Source: Candidatus Levyibacteriota bacterium
GTDB lineage: Bacteria > Patescibacteriota > Microgenomatia > Levybacterales > UBA12049
Assembly (NCBI GenBank): GCA_016182205.1
Contig: JACOXW010000011.1
Location: 1 to 52,752 of the forward strand
DNA length: 52,752 nt
Reading direction: 5' to 3'
Below are positions 27,986 to 39,055 of the stretch, piece by piece; the stretch's first letter is position 1, and every line of letters begins with the position of its first letter. Both the position numbers and the translations under genes were made by a program. The notes under the pieces are model-generated. The model ran no database searches and was not told the DNA's origin. It worked only from the letters and a program-made list of their open reading frames with translations.

Positions 27986-30352
27986 ATGGAAAAAGGACTC
28001 ACCACACATGATGCGTTACAAAAATTACAGCAGTTTGGTAAAAATCAAGTTGTAACAAAAAAACAGTATTCTCCTGTATCTCTTTTTGTTTCTCAATTTA
28101 TTTCAACAATTAATCTTATTCTTATTTTCGGTGCAGCTTTTTCAGCAGTAATCGGAGATAGTATTGATGCTTTTTTTATCCTTGCTGTTATTATCATAAA
28201 CGGAATAATAGGCTTTGTGCAGGAATATAATGCTGAACGTTCGATCGAAAAACTCAAAACGCTTATCACGCCAACTGCTCGGGTTCTGCGTGACGAAAAA
28301 GAAGTGCAAATCCCAACAACCGATATCGTCCCAGGGGACATTGTGATTCTTGTCGAAGGAGAACGAATTCCTGCAGACGGAAGGATACTTTCAAGCCACC
28401 AGTTACACGTTGATGAATCCATCCTTACCGGAGAATCTTTCCCGCTCATAAAAGCTTACCGCGATACTGCGCTTTCTGGAACACTGATTACGAAAGGCAC
28501 AGGATCTTTACTGGTTGAGAAAACAGGAATGGATACCCGTTTCGGAAGCATTGCAAAGACTCTTGAATCAGTAAAAGCGGACAGAACGCCTTTGCAAAAA
28601 AAACTCTCCACGCTGGGAACAATCATTACACTGCTTGTAATCTGCATCAGTATTTTGATTGTTTCCTTTGGCATATTCAATCATAAACCCCTAACTGCAT
28701 TAATCTTCGTGGCGGTGAGTATTGGGATCTCAGCGATTCCTGAAGGGCTTCCTGCTGTTGTAACAATTGCTCTTGCAATCGGCACGAAACGCATGGCAAA
28801 GAAAAATGCAATAGTTCGAAAGATGCCTGTTGTTGAAACATTGGGAGCTATTCAAGTTGTCCTTATCGATAAAACAGGAACACTGACTCAAAATACCATG
28901 CGTGTAAAAAATTTCTGGGCCGTTTCAGAAAGTATTATGCCGTTACTATTCAAAGCGTGTCTTTTGGGCAATACGGCAACGATGATTAAAAATACAAAAG
29001 GAGAATTCGATATTGTCGGTGATAAAACAGATGGAGCATTACTATTATGGGTAAATGAAAACCATGTGGATAAAGAACATTTGTTAGCAACAACTACTAT
29101 TGTTGAAGAATATGTTTTCGATCCGGAAGTAAAAACGATAACAACAATTGTAAAGGAGAATAAAGAAACACATATTTTTGTCCGCGGTGCTCCAGAAACA
29201 CTACTCCAGCAAAGCGAACTGCCGAAATCTGAAAAAGATCGCATTACAAAACATATTGAGCAATTTGCAAAAGAAGGGTTTCGTGTCATTGGCTTTGCCA
29301 CTAAGATAGAGGAACATACGCAAAATCTTTCCCGGGAACACGTTGAAGAACATCTCCGTTTTTTAGGATTTGTCGGAATTTATGATCCACCACGGAAAGA
29401 AGCAAAGCAAGCAGTATTGGAAGCACAGAAAGCCGGAGTCCAAACAGTTATGGTAACTGGAGATAACGAGCTGACAGCTCTCACGATCGCAAAAGATGTA
29501 GGTCTTATTGATAAAACAGAAGATGTTGTCACAGGAGACCAGTTAGACTCGCTTACAGATAAAGATCTGGAAGATGTTATTTTACGCACGAGAATATTTG
29601 CCAGAACAACACCTGAACACAAGTTACGTTTAGTAACCACATTTAAAAGATTAGGCTATATTGTAGGCGTGACTGGCGACGGAGTAAATGACGCGTTAGC
29701 CCTAAAACGTGCAGATGTCGGCGTGGCAATGGGAGCAAGCGGAACTGATGTTGCGAAAGAGGCCAGTGACATCGTTCTGACTGATGACAACTTTGCAACA
29801 CTTATTCATGCAATTGAAGAAGGGAGAACAATTTATAGAAATATCGTAACATCAATAACTTATTTGCTGGCTGGAAATTTATCAGAGCTATCCCTTATTT
29901 TCTTTGCGTCATTCTTTGGCTTCCCAACACCTCTCCATCCTTCACAAATACTATGGATAAATATTATTACCGACGGGCTGCCGGCATTGGCACTTGCTGC
30001 GGATGTGAAAGACCATCGCGTGCTTGGAGAAAACCCACGAGATCCAAAAGAACCGCTTCTTAATACACAAAGACTAACAACAATTCTTGTGCTTGGTCTT
30101 GGACTTGGAACTCTCTTTTTAATTACTTTTTTACTTCTCCATCAGAAAGGAGCAGAAAATTACGCACGAACATTTGTCTTCAATATGATAATCGGAGTCC
30201 ATATGATAATGGTTTTTGTTATCCGTAAACGGTCTATTTTCCATATAAATAAATACCTTTTCTTAGCAGTCATTATCAGCATTATTGCCCAGATTTTTGT
30301 TAATATCTCTCCGCTTTTTCAGACAATTTTTGATCTTCAACATACCTATTGA
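27986..30352 (+). CDS. Cation-transporting P-type ATPase (type IIA, Ca2+-like)
   Basis: TGES, IPEGL, DKTGTLT, TGDN and GDGVNDA motifs. Confidence 0.93.
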   Translation: MEKGLTTHDALQKLQQFGKNQVVTKKQYSPVSLFVSQFISTINLILIFGAAFSAVIGDSIDAFFILAVIIINGIIGFVQEYNAERSIEKLKTLITPTARVLRDEKEVQIPTTDIVPGDIVILVEGERIPADGRILSSHQLHVDESILTGESFPLIKAYRDTALSGTLITKGTGSLLVEKTGMDTRFGSIAKTLESVKADRTPLQKKLSTLGTIITLLVICISILIVSFGIFNHKPLTALIFVAVSIGISAIPEGLPAVVTIALAIGTKRMAKKNAIVRKMPVVETLGAIQVVLIDKTGTLTQNTMRVKNFWAVSESIMPLLFKACLLGNTATMIKNTKGEFDIVGDKTDGALLLWVNENHVDKEHLLATTTIVEEYVFDPEVKTITTIVKENKETHIFVRGAPETLLQQSELPKSEKDRITKHIEQFAKEGFRVIGFATKIEEHTQNLSREHVEEHLRFLGFVGIYDPPRKEAKQAVLEAQKAGVQTVMVTGDNELTALTIAKDVGLIDKTEDVVTGDQLDSLTDKDLEDVILRTRIFARTTPEHKLRLVTTFKRLGYIVGVTGDGVNDALALKRADVGVAMGASGTDVAKEASDIVLTDDNFATLIHAIEEGRTIYRNIVTSITYLLAGNLSELSLIFFASFFGFPTPLHPSQILWINIITDGLPALALAADVKDHRVLGENPRDPKEPLLNTQRLTTILVLGLGLGTLFLITFLLLHQKGAENYARTFVFNMIIGVHMIMVFVIRKRSIFHINKYLFLAVIISIIAQIFVNISPLFQTIFDLQHTY

Positions 30353-30374
30353 TAGATAATTGTATAATAAATAT

Positions 30375-31046
30375 ATGGAACAACTGACGGACATCAAATG
30401 GTTGGGACATGCGAGCTTTATGTTTACGGATATGATGTCTGGTAAGCGTATTTATTATATTGACCCTTTTGATCTGAAAGAAAAAAACCTTCAAAAGGCT
30501 GATCTTATTTTTATAACCCATGCGCATTATGATCATTGTTCCAAAGAAGATGTTCAAAAACTTATCACACAAGATACCACTGTTATTGCACCAAGTGATT
30601 GTCTAAAAAATTTAGCAATTCCTCAAAATCTTCAATTTCCTGTTCTACCTAATCAGACATATAACGTAAAAGCGTTCCAATTTATGACAATTCCTGCATA
30701 CAATACTCATCCCGACAGACTCCAGGCCCATCCAAAAGAGAATAAGTGGGTCGGATATATTTTTACGATAAATGGTAAAAAAATATATCACGCCGGTGAT
30801 ACCGATTTCATTCCTGAAATGAAAACGCTTGCAGCAATGCATCTGGATATTGCTATGCTGCCGATGGGTGGAAAATACACCATGGATGTTTCGGAAATGG
30901 CCAAAGCGGCAAATACGATTGCTGCAACCTATACTATTCCCATGCATTATAAACGACTGCTGGGCGAAAACTATAAAGAAGCAGAAGAAACACTGAAAAA
31001 ACTGGTGACGAAATCAGAGGTTAGAATTCTTTCTGAAGTACAATAG
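30375..31046 (+). CDS. MBL-fold metallo-hydrolase (UlaG/UPF0173-like)
   Basis: WLGHASF, THAHYDH, YHAGDT and IPMHY motifs. Confidence 0.88.
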   Translation: MEQLTDIKWLGHASFMFTDMMSGKRIYYIDPFDLKEKNLQKADLIFITHAHYDHCSKEDVQKLITQDTTVIAPSDCLKNLAIPQNLQFPVLPNQTYNVKAFQFMTIPAYNTHPDRLQAHPKENKWVGYIFTINGKKIYHAGDTDFIPEMKTLAAMHLDIAMLPMGGKYTMDVSEMAKAANTIAATYTIPMHYKRLLGENYKEAEETLKKLVTKSEVRILSEVQ

Positions 31047-32130
31047 ACGAGTCGACTTTCAGCGCCTCAATTCCAGGCAACTTTTGACCACTTAAAAGCG
31101 AGAGCATTGCACCTCCTCCGGTTGAGCAGAAACTAAATTTATCAACAAGACCTTTCTTTTGCAAAAACTCCAGCGTGTCGCCTCCTCCCACCACTGAATA
31201 TGCACCACTATCAATTATAGCTTGAGCAAGCTGCAATGTTCCTTTTTCTGTTCCCCCACCGGTAAGCTCGTCCATTTTCCCAACTGGTCCATTCCAAATG
31301 ATAGTTTTGGCAGTTGCTATAACCTGACGAAAATTTTCAACCGATGCATCGCTCATATCAGTGCCTTCACTGTTAAGCTCAGAAACCAGAAGGATGGATT
31401 TATGCCCGTTTTGAAGCGGTTCTAGTGTCTCATGCTGGACTTTGATAAGCTCTCCTTTCTCACGTGCGATTTTTCCACCTACTAAAACAAAATCAGCAAT
31501 ATGATGCATTTTTTCTACAAGCGGAAGCTTTGTCTCCAATTTTGCCCCACCAATGATAACGACTAAAGGTCGTTTCGGATTACTCATAACCCCTTCCAGC
31601 GCTTCCACTTCTTTTTGTAAATGAAGTCCAGCAAAATGCGAAAGAAACTGAGGGACTCCAACTGTTGATGCATGTGCACGATGTGAAAGAGCAAATGCAT
31701 CATTTACATAAATATCGGCAAGCGAGGCCAACTTTTTTGCAAAGTCGGTATTATTTTCCTCTTCTTCTCTATGAAATCGTATATTCTCTAAAAGAAAAAG
31801 CTGGGGTGTTATTCTCCATCCCTCAAATGAGCCAATTGCTTCTTTTTGCATTTTCGTTTCAGCATTCCAAACTCCAAATTTTTGCTCCAACCACGCTGCT
31901 ACAGGTTCTAGACTAAGAGAAGGCGCAAATTCTCCATGAGGCCTTCCCAACTTTCCAGCAACAATGACTCTAGCGGAATGTTTGAGAAGATACTCTATAG
32001 TAGGAACCGCACAGCAAAGCCTTGTATCATCAAGAATTGCTCCATCAGCAGATAAAGGCACATCGGTATCTGCAAGTAAGAATACTTTTTTTTCAGTTAC
32101 ATCTGCTGCTTGAAGAGTGTTCAGTTTCAT
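31021..32130 (-). CDS. pgk: Phosphoglycerate kinase
   Basis: LGRP, LLENIRF, NDAF.SHRAHAS, GGAK, WNGPVG, GGGDT and STGGGA motifs. Confidence 0.92.
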   Translation of the reverse strand: MKLNTLQAADVTEKKVFLLADTDVPLSADGAILDDTRLCCAVPTIEYLLKHSARVIVAGKLGRPHGEFAPSLSLEPVAAWLEQKFGVWNAETKMQKEAIGSFEGWRITPQLFLLENIRFHREEEENNTDFAKKLASLADIYVNDAFALSHRAHASTVGVPQFLSHFAGLHLQKEVEALEGVMSNPKRPLVVIIGGAKLETKLPLVEKMHHIADFVLVGGKIAREKGELIKVQHETLEPLQNGHKSILLVSELNSEGTDMSDASVENFRQVIATAKTIIWNGPVGKMDELTGGGTEKGTLQLAQAIIDSGAYSVVGGGDTLEFLQKKGLVDKFSFCSTGGGAMLSLLSGQKLPGIEALKVDSSIVLQKEF

Positions 32131-32131
32131 A

Positions 32132-33187
32132 TCAATCAGTAAATTCCTGCGTAAACATCTCACCATAAATACCTCCGTCAATCACTCCTATGCCGATTTT
32201 ACCAAAATGCGCTGATAAAATATTTGCCTTATGTCCGGTGCTTGCCATAAGACCTTGCATTGCCAAATCGACATTCGGCGCCAATGCCAGATTCTCTCCT
32301 GCTGAGGTGAATAAAATATTTTCTCTTGTCATGCGATCAAATGGCGACTCTCCACCGGGAGAATAATGAGAAAAATATCCCTCAGCAAACATTTTCCGTG
32401 AATAACTCCGGGCAAGCTCACGAAGCGCAGGATCCATAGCAAGCGGTGACAGGCCACGCTGTAAACGTTCTTTATTTACCAAAACAAGCATTCTTTCTTC
32501 TGCTTGGTTGTCAACTGTCACATCTGTTGTATGAAAATGGAGCTTAACTGTTTCATCGCTCTCAGGTTTAACAGTCAGGAAGTTAAGCGTGTCACTCACG
32601 GCACCTCCAAAAACAGCATTAAGACTCTTTTCAGCTGCCTGGGCGCGAATCACCAAAGGATTGGCAAATTGCGACGACGTTATCATTTTTTTAAGATACG
32701 GAGAAAACGGTAATGCAACAATCATAGTAAAAAGAAATGAAAGAAGAATAACTGCTGAGATAACTGCCGGAATTATGCCAAGTAATGAATTCGTCGTTTG
32801 CAAAAATGCATATGGGACATTCGGAGAAATTAAAGACTGCTGGGGAAGCTTTTTTGAAAGAAATCGCAACAATAAACGAAGTAAAAAATTGGTAATAATT
32901 TCTACTATAAACGCCGTAATAAAGAACCCAAACGCGTTTGCAAATCCAATTGGTATACCAACATACTGTACTAATTGCTCACCTACCGTGTTGTAGAAGC
33001 GTAAACCGGTTGCGAATGCGATTACAAAACTTGCTAAATCAAAACATGCCGCAATAAAACCGATTGAGAACCCTTCAAGTGCATAAAAAATCATAACAAT
33101 TACTATAACAATATCCACCCAATTAAGGCTCAACCTATGAAGTGAAAATGTTTCCAGGTATGAACCAAGCGTTTCAAGAAATGGCAT
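32132..33187 (-). CDS. CvpA-like membrane domain fused to CAP/SCP domain
   Basis: NWVDIVI and several TM helices, then LVNKER, YFSH, AGENLA and GHKANIL. Confidence 0.8.
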   Translation of the reverse strand: MPFLETLGSYLETFSLHRLSLNWVDIVIVIVMIFYALEGFSIGFIAACFDLASFVIAFATGLRFYNTVGEQLVQYVGIPIGFANAFGFFITAFIVEIITNFLLRLLLRFLSKKLPQQSLISPNVPYAFLQTTNSLLGIIPAVISAVILLSFLFTMIVALPFSPYLKKMITSSQFANPLVIRAQAAEKSLNAVFGGAVSDTLNFLTVKPESDETVKLHFHTTDVTVDNQAEERMLVLVNKERLQRGLSPLAMDPALRELARSYSRKMFAEGYFSHYSPGGESPFDRMTRENILFTSAGENLALAPNVDLAMQGLMASTGHKANILSAHFGKIGIGVIDGGIYGEMFTQEFTD

Positions 33188-33249
33188 ATACCGATTATTA
33201 TACATGACTGTTCACTCTAGTTGTCAGTCCATCACTTCAATGCTATGAT

Positions 33250-35409
33250 ATGAAGCAGCATATGAAGAAAAATCAGACCATTTTTTCTTCCCTCCTTTTA
33301 TATTGGAGATTTGTAATTGTTATCGGAATTTTTGTCTTGGGAGTATATTTTCTAGTATTAAAAGACTTACCTTCTCCTACTTATCTTACCAGTGATAAAC
33401 AACCCCAGTCCACACAAATTTTTGATAGAAACGGCGCATTACTCTACACCGTCTATGCACAAAAAAACAGAACATTCATACCTCTCTCTACCATTCCGCA
33501 GTATGTGCAATACGCAACAATCGCAATCGAAGACAAAGATTTTTATCGCCATGGCGCAATTGATATACGTGGAATTATGCGTGCTCTCTATTCAATCATC
33601 TTTCACAAACAAATCCAAGGCGGATCAACGCTTACCCAGCAACTTGTTAAAAATACGTTGTTAACCCCGGAACAAACAATTCCACGAAAAATAAAAGAGG
33701 TTATCCTAGCCTATGCCACGGAAACACTTTATACCAAAAATAAGATCCTTGAGATGTATCTAAATCAGGTGCCCTATGGTGGCACTGCATGGGGTATAGA
33801 AGCAGCTGCTCAAACATACTTCAATAAACATGCAAAGGATCTTGATCTTTCGGAAAGTGCGCTTCTGGCAGGATTACCGGAAGCGCCCACGACGCTTTCT
33901 CCTTTTGGCGCACATCCCGAGTTGGCAAAGCGGCGTCAAGTTGAAGTTCTTCGCAAAATGAGAGAACAAGGCTACATAACACGAGACCAAGAAGAAAAAG
34001 CCATAAACCAAGAGCTGAAATATCAAAAAGCCGTAAATGATATTCAAGCGCCTCATTTTGTTCTCTATATAAAAGATTTACTTGTAAAAAAATATGGAGA
34101 GCATGTTGTAGAAGAGGGAGGATTACGAGTCAAGACATCCCTTGATCTACCTCTTCAGAATTTTGCTCAGGATGCTGTGGCATCAGAAGTAGCAAAACTC
34201 AAATCATCCCGCGTAGGAAACGGCGCAGCTATGGTGACAAATCCGGCAACAGGTGAAATTCTTGCGATGGTAGGAAGTAAAGATTATTTCGATATTGAAA
34301 ATGACGGAAATGTAAATGTCACTTTAGCACTTCGTCAACCGGGCTCTTCTATAAAACCAATCAACTACGCTGTGGGTCTAATAAAAGGATATACTGCGGC
34401 AACACCGTTTGTGGACAAACCAACTTGCTACCCCAGCCCACAGGGACAATATTGCCCGCAAAATTACGATGGAAAATATCACGGTGTTGTGCAAATGCGA
34501 TTTACATTGGGTAACTCCTTAAATATTCCTGCCGTAAAAATGTTAAAACTCAACGGTGTTGATGCGATGATTGCCACCGCTTCAGCAATGGGAATAACAA
34601 CGTTTGATCAACCCCAACGGTACGGACTGTCCCTAACATTGGGAGGCGGTGAAGTAACGATGCTTGAGATGGCTACAGCATTTGGAGTCTTTGCCAACGG
34701 TGGTTACCGTATTGATCTTCACCCTATTCTTAAGGTATCAAACGCAAATGGAAAAGTGCTGGAAGAATATAAACCGTTCCCAAACCCGATCTTTGGCAAA
34801 CAAGTTCTTCCGCCCGGTGTTGCATATATCATTTCTCAAATACTCATAGACAACAACGCACGACTGCTGGGATTTGGACCAAGCTCCGAGCTTAAGATTG
34901 ATAACCAACCAGTGGCAGTAAAAACAGGTACAACAAACGATTTTCGAGACAACTGGACAATCGGGTATACTCCAACGGATCTTGTCGTAGCATGGGTAGG
35001 TAACAACGATAATACTCCGATGGGAGGACTCACCTCAGGAGTAACCGGCGCAGCACCAATTTGGCACAACGTTATGGCTCATATTCTGGAAGGAAAACAA
35101 GCACAATGGCCAAGAAAACCAGATAACGTTATTGGCAAGTATATTTGCTCAACATCTGGTTTACTCCCTTCAGCTCAAGATTCACCAAATAAATGCCCGA
35201 CGCGGTTTGAATATTTCATTAAAGGAACTGAACCAAAGCTAGGTGAACCAAGCTCGCAAAAAGTTTTTGTTGATAAAGGAACCGGCGATCTTGCAAAACC
35301 GGGCCAGACTGACAACGTGGAGGAGAAAGAATCAGTCATTATCACCGACCCGACTGGCGACCGATTTTGCCTGTCCTGCGCACATCCTGAGTTGGCACCT
35401 AAACCATAA
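33250..35409 (+). CDS. Class A penicillin-binding protein (transglycosylase-transpeptidase)
   Basis: EDKDF, QGGSTLTQQL, RKIKE, QPGSSIKP, SLN and KTGTT motifs. Confidence 0.93.
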   Translation: MKQHMKKNQTIFSSLLLYWRFVIVIGIFVLGVYFLVLKDLPSPTYLTSDKQPQSTQIFDRNGALLYTVYAQKNRTFIPLSTIPQYVQYATIAIEDKDFYRHGAIDIRGIMRALYSIIFHKQIQGGSTLTQQLVKNTLLTPEQTIPRKIKEVILAYATETLYTKNKILEMYLNQVPYGGTAWGIEAAAQTYFNKHAKDLDLSESALLAGLPEAPTTLSPFGAHPELAKRRQVEVLRKMREQGYITRDQEEKAINQELKYQKAVNDIQAPHFVLYIKDLLVKKYGEHVVEEGGLRVKTSLDLPLQNFAQDAVASEVAKLKSSRVGNGAAMVTNPATGEILAMVGSKDYFDIENDGNVNVTLALRQPGSSIKPINYAVGLIKGYTAATPFVDKPTCYPSPQGQYCPQNYDGKYHGVVQMRFTLGNSLNIPAVKMLKLNGVDAMIATASAMGITTFDQPQRYGLSLTLGGGEVTMLEMATAFGVFANGGYRIDLHPILKVSNANGKVLEEYKPFPNPIFGKQVLPPGVAYIISQILIDNNARLLGFGPSSELKIDNQPVAVKTGTTNDFRDNWTIGYTPTDLVVAWVGNNDNTPMGGLTSGVTGAAPIWHNVMAHILEGKQAQWPRKPDNVIGKYICSTSGLLPSAQDSPNKCPTRFEYFIKGTEPKLGEPSSQKVFVDKGTGDLAKPGQTDNVEEKESVIITDPTGDRFCLSCAHPELAPKP

Positions 35410-35496
35410 AACTATAACGCTTAAGTAAATTCCCTCTTTTCAAGGCGAGATACCTATAGTATAATCTGGCTGCAATTCCCTGCCGTTTCTCATTCT

Positions 35497-37905
35497 ATGA
35501 TTTTTATAATTCAGGTGCTTGCTCTTATTCTAAAGAGTCTTATTGCTGTCGGTGATAGTGTTCTTTTTTTTGTACACCGATTAGAAACAGGTATCATTCT
35601 TTGTTTGTTATTCATTCGTTCAAACATCCAAAAACTGAATACCATGCTTTACAACGCTATTCTCTCTCTTAAAAAAGCGAGCAAAAAAATAAGGCTGGAA
35701 ATCTTTTCTAAACCATTGAAACGTTTCCGGGCGCACCTCTTCACATTACAAGCAAAACGCTCTAAGACACTCCTGCAGGTAAAAAGAAGAAAAAAGAACC
35801 TAACAAAAACCTCCTTCTTTTCTCTCTCTTTCTTCATGCGTCATATGAAAAAAGGTTCAGAAGAATCGAAAAAACAAACGATTACAAAGAACTCACTGCA
35901 GAAAAAGTTCCATAAAAAACCGTTATTCTCACTTCATTTACCTTTTATTATTAAGTTTCGCTACTTTCTGGCAGGCAGTATCTTTTCATTTTTGTTTCTT
36001 TTTCTTCCTCTTCTTTTCCTTATCTTTCTGCAAGACCTCCCAAATCCCAAAAGCATGTCTATGGGACAAATACCGCAAACGACAAAGATATACGACAGAA
36101 ATGGCACACTTCTCTACCAAATCTATGGAGGTCAAAATAGAACTATTGTTCCTCTCTCAGACATACCCAAATATCTTCAGCTTGCGACCATCGCAACTGA
36201 AGACAAGGATTTCTACAAGCACCCTGGCTTTGATATTTTAGCCATTATTCGCTCTGCCATAGAAAATGCGTCTGGAAAACAGCTGCAGGGAGGGTCTACA
36301 CTTACCCAACAGCTTATTAAATCAGCGCTTCTTTCGCCTGAAACCAGTATCAGCCGAAAGGTAAAAGAAGCAATACTTGCCTTCTGGGCGGAACGTATTT
36401 ATACAAAAAATCAAATCCTTGAAATGTATTTCAACCAAATTCCCTACGGTGGCACTGCATGGGGAGCGGAAGCAGCTGCGCAGACATATTTTGGAAAACA
36501 TGTAAAAGAACTTAATCTTGCGGAATCGGCATTTCTGGCAGGAATTCCTCGTGCTCCCACAATCTACTCCCCTTATGGATCTACACCAACGCTTTGGAAA
36601 AAAAGGCAGAAAGAAGTGTTATATCGCATGGTTGGGCAGAAGTACATTACAGAGAAAGAAGCTAAAGCTGCGCTTTCTTGGGAGCTGACGTTTGAGAAAC
36701 CACAAACACCAATTCATGCTCCTCATTTTGTCATGTATGTAAAAGATTTTCTCGTCCGAAAATACGGACTGCCTATGGTGGAGAAAGGAGGACTAACGGT
36801 TCGCACCAGTATTGACTTGAAATCACAAGAAAATGTTGAAAAAATTGTCGCTGAAGAAGTAAATAACGATGCGTATCTGAATCTGACCAACGGCGCAGCT
36901 GTAGTGACAAATCCTAAGAATGGAGATATTTTGGCTATGGTCGGAAGCCGCGATTTTACATACCCGAAATTCGGTAATGTCAACGTTGCTACATCTCTTC
37001 GCCAACCTGGATCATCCATAAAAGTTCTTACCTATAGCGCAGCGCTTTCCTCCGGATTAACAGCAGCTACTATTCTGGATGACTCACCAATTACATTTAC
37101 CTATCCTGGAGGTCCTTCCTACACTCCGGTCAACTATGACGGGAAATCACACGGACGAATTCCTCTTCGCATTGCCTTTGCAAATTCATTCAATATCACC
37201 GCAGTACGAACACTCAACCAAATAGGCATTCCAACTATGGTGCAGCTTGGAAAACGGATGGGAATAAAAAGTTGGGGCGACCCAGAAGAATACGGCCTTT
37301 CAATTACACTGGGAGCAGCCGAGGCAACGATGCTTGATATGGCCACAGTCTATGGAAGCGTAGCAAACGGCGGAGAAAAAATAGAACTCAACCCGATTAT
37401 TGAAATCACAGACTTTAAAGGAAATATATTGGAGAAAAAACAAGATGTTTATGCAGAAAGAGTGCTTGATAAAGGAGTTGCCTATATTATTTCCAATATC
37501 CTTTCAGATAACGGAGCGCGAGCAGCTGCATTTGGCCCAAACTCAGTGCTCCAAATTCCCGGTAAAACAGTCTCAGTGAAAACCGGCACGACCGACTGGA
37601 AAAAGGATAATTGGACGATCGGGTATACTCCCTCTTATGTTGTAACAGTATGGGTAGGCAATAATGACGGCAGTCCTATGAGCCAAACACTTGCTTCAGG
37701 CATCACCGGTGCTGCGCCGATTTGGAACAAAATCATGACCATGCTTTTAGCAGATAAAGAAGATGAAAAACCAATAGTACCGGATAACATCGTGGCCAAA
37801 GCATGCTTGGGAAGAATGGAATGGTTTGTACGGGGAACAGAAAATTCTGTCAATTGCGCATACGTTTTCCCCACACGTAAACCATCACCTGAGCAAACAC
37901 ATTGA
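35497..37905 (+). CDS. Second class A penicillin-binding protein with long basic N-terminal extension
   Basis: EDKDF, QGGSTLTQQL, QPGSSIK, SFN and KTGTT motifs; start position uncertain. Confidence 0.9.
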   Translation: MIFIIQVLALILKSLIAVGDSVLFFVHRLETGIILCLLFIRSNIQKLNTMLYNAILSLKKASKKIRLEIFSKPLKRFRAHLFTLQAKRSKTLLQVKRRKKNLTKTSFFSLSFFMRHMKKGSEESKKQTITKNSLQKKFHKKPLFSLHLPFIIKFRYFLAGSIFSFLFLFLPLLFLIFLQDLPNPKSMSMGQIPQTTKIYDRNGTLLYQIYGGQNRTIVPLSDIPKYLQLATIATEDKDFYKHPGFDILAIIRSAIENASGKQLQGGSTLTQQLIKSALLSPETSISRKVKEAILAFWAERIYTKNQILEMYFNQIPYGGTAWGAEAAAQTYFGKHVKELNLAESAFLAGIPRAPTIYSPYGSTPTLWKKRQKEVLYRMVGQKYITEKEAKAALSWELTFEKPQTPIHAPHFVMYVKDFLVRKYGLPMVEKGGLTVRTSIDLKSQENVEKIVAEEVNNDAYLNLTNGAAVVTNPKNGDILAMVGSRDFTYPKFGNVNVATSLRQPGSSIKVLTYSAALSSGLTAATILDDSPITFTYPGGPSYTPVNYDGKSHGRIPLRIAFANSFNITAVRTLNQIGIPTMVQLGKRMGIKSWGDPEEYGLSITLGAAEATMLDMATVYGSVANGGEKIELNPIIEITDFKGNILEKKQDVYAERVLDKGVAYIISNILSDNGARAAAFGPNSVLQIPGKTVSVKTGTTDWKKDNWTIGYTPSYVVTVWVGNNDGSPMSQTLASGITGAAPIWNKIMTMLLADKEDEKPIVPDNIVAKACLGRMEWFVRGTENSVNCAYVFPTRKPSPEQTH

Positions 37906-38559
37906 CTATTCTCCTTTTACTAATGACTCCAAAAGCGTATATTGTTCCTTCGGATTTCCTCGAAATAAAAAGCTGGTGGTAACAAAACGGGTAACACCCG
38001 TGTCTTTTGCTAAAACAATCGTATTCTCATTGACCCCTCCATCCACTTCAATAGGGAAAAATGGTAGATTGTTTTCTGTTGCCAAACGACGTGCAGTTTT
38101 TACTTTCTCAAGCCGTTCTGGCAGAAATGGCGGGCCAGAAAACCCCACTTGTTGTGAGGTATAAAACAAAAGACAATCCACGTCTTCAAACGGAACTGGT
38201 GACTTTCCAAACGCTGTCGGGCCATCAATTGCAAGTCCTACCTCTCCGAGCAGTTGCCCTTTTGCAACAAATTCGGAAATATCACTCATTTTCTCAATAT
38301 GCCCCAAAAATCGTTTAAATCCTGCATCAGCAAATGACTGTAGATATTGTATTGGTTCCTCAACCATCATATGAACTTCAAAGAAGATTTCACTGGTATA
38401 TTTCTTGAAAGGCTCCGGATCCATAAGGGTTATATTGTCAACAAATTTACCGTCCAGAAGATCGATGTGGATTGTTTTTGCGAATGGCAAAACTAGCTCG
38501 ATTTTTCGCTCAATCTCACTCCACTCTTTTTCTAAAATACCAGGAATTATTTCAAGCAT
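37906..38559 (-). CDS. rpe: Ribulose-phosphate 3-epimerase
   Basis: HIDLLDGKFV, EVHMMV, GFSG and EVDGG motifs. Confidence 0.88.
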   Translation of the reverse strand: MLEIIPGILEKEWSEIERKIELVLPFAKTIHIDLLDGKFVDNITLMDPEPFKKYTSEIFFEVHMMVEEPIQYLQSFADAGFKRFLGHIEKMSDISEFVAKGQLLGEVGLAIDGPTAFGKSPVPFEDVDCLLFYTSQQVGFSGPPFLPERLEKVKTARRLATENNLPFFPIEVDGGVNENTIVLAKDTGVTRFVTTSFLFRGNPKEQYTLLESLVKGE

Positions 38560-39055
38560 TGTTTTCTATGTGTTTTATCTTATTTACTCTTCTTGCATGT
38601 CGTTCTTCTTGTGAAGCAGCAGTATTTAGGAATATTTTTACTGCCTGTATCGCATCCTCCTGTGTCAAGAACCGAACACCTAAAGACAACATATTTGCGT
38701 GATTATGTTGCCTTGTTAGTTTTACAATCTCAAAAGCATCTGTGCTTGTTTTTCCACTAATATCTACTGCTTGCGCGGGTGCCGCGGGAGTATAAAACAA
38801 CGCACATCGAACTCCTTTATATTTATTTGCTACCATTTGTTCTCCCTGTCCTGACCCTCCCATGATAATTCCTAAAGACGTTTGATCTTTTGATACACCT
38901 TCTGCAGCTTTTCCAATGAAATCCGGATAATCATCGTCTCTATCATATTCATATGCGCCACAATCCTCTACATCATATCCTTCTTTTTCAAGAAAATTTT
39001 TTATGGTATTTTTTAACTCTAGTCCTGTATGATCTGTCGCAAGATATATTTTCAT
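38552..39055 (-). CDS. rpiB: Ribose-5-phosphate isomerase B
   Basis: DHTG, DDYPD, GGSGQGE, RQHNHAN and RHARR motifs. Confidence 0.9.
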   Translation of the reverse strand: MKIYLATDHTGLELKNTIKNFLEKEGYDVEDCGAYEYDRDDDYPDFIGKAAEGVSKDQTSLGIIMGGSGQGEQMVANKYKGVRCALFYTPAAPAQAVDISGKTSTDAFEIVKLTRQHNHANMLSLGVRFLTQEDAIQAVKIFLNTAASQEERHARRVNKIKHIENNA

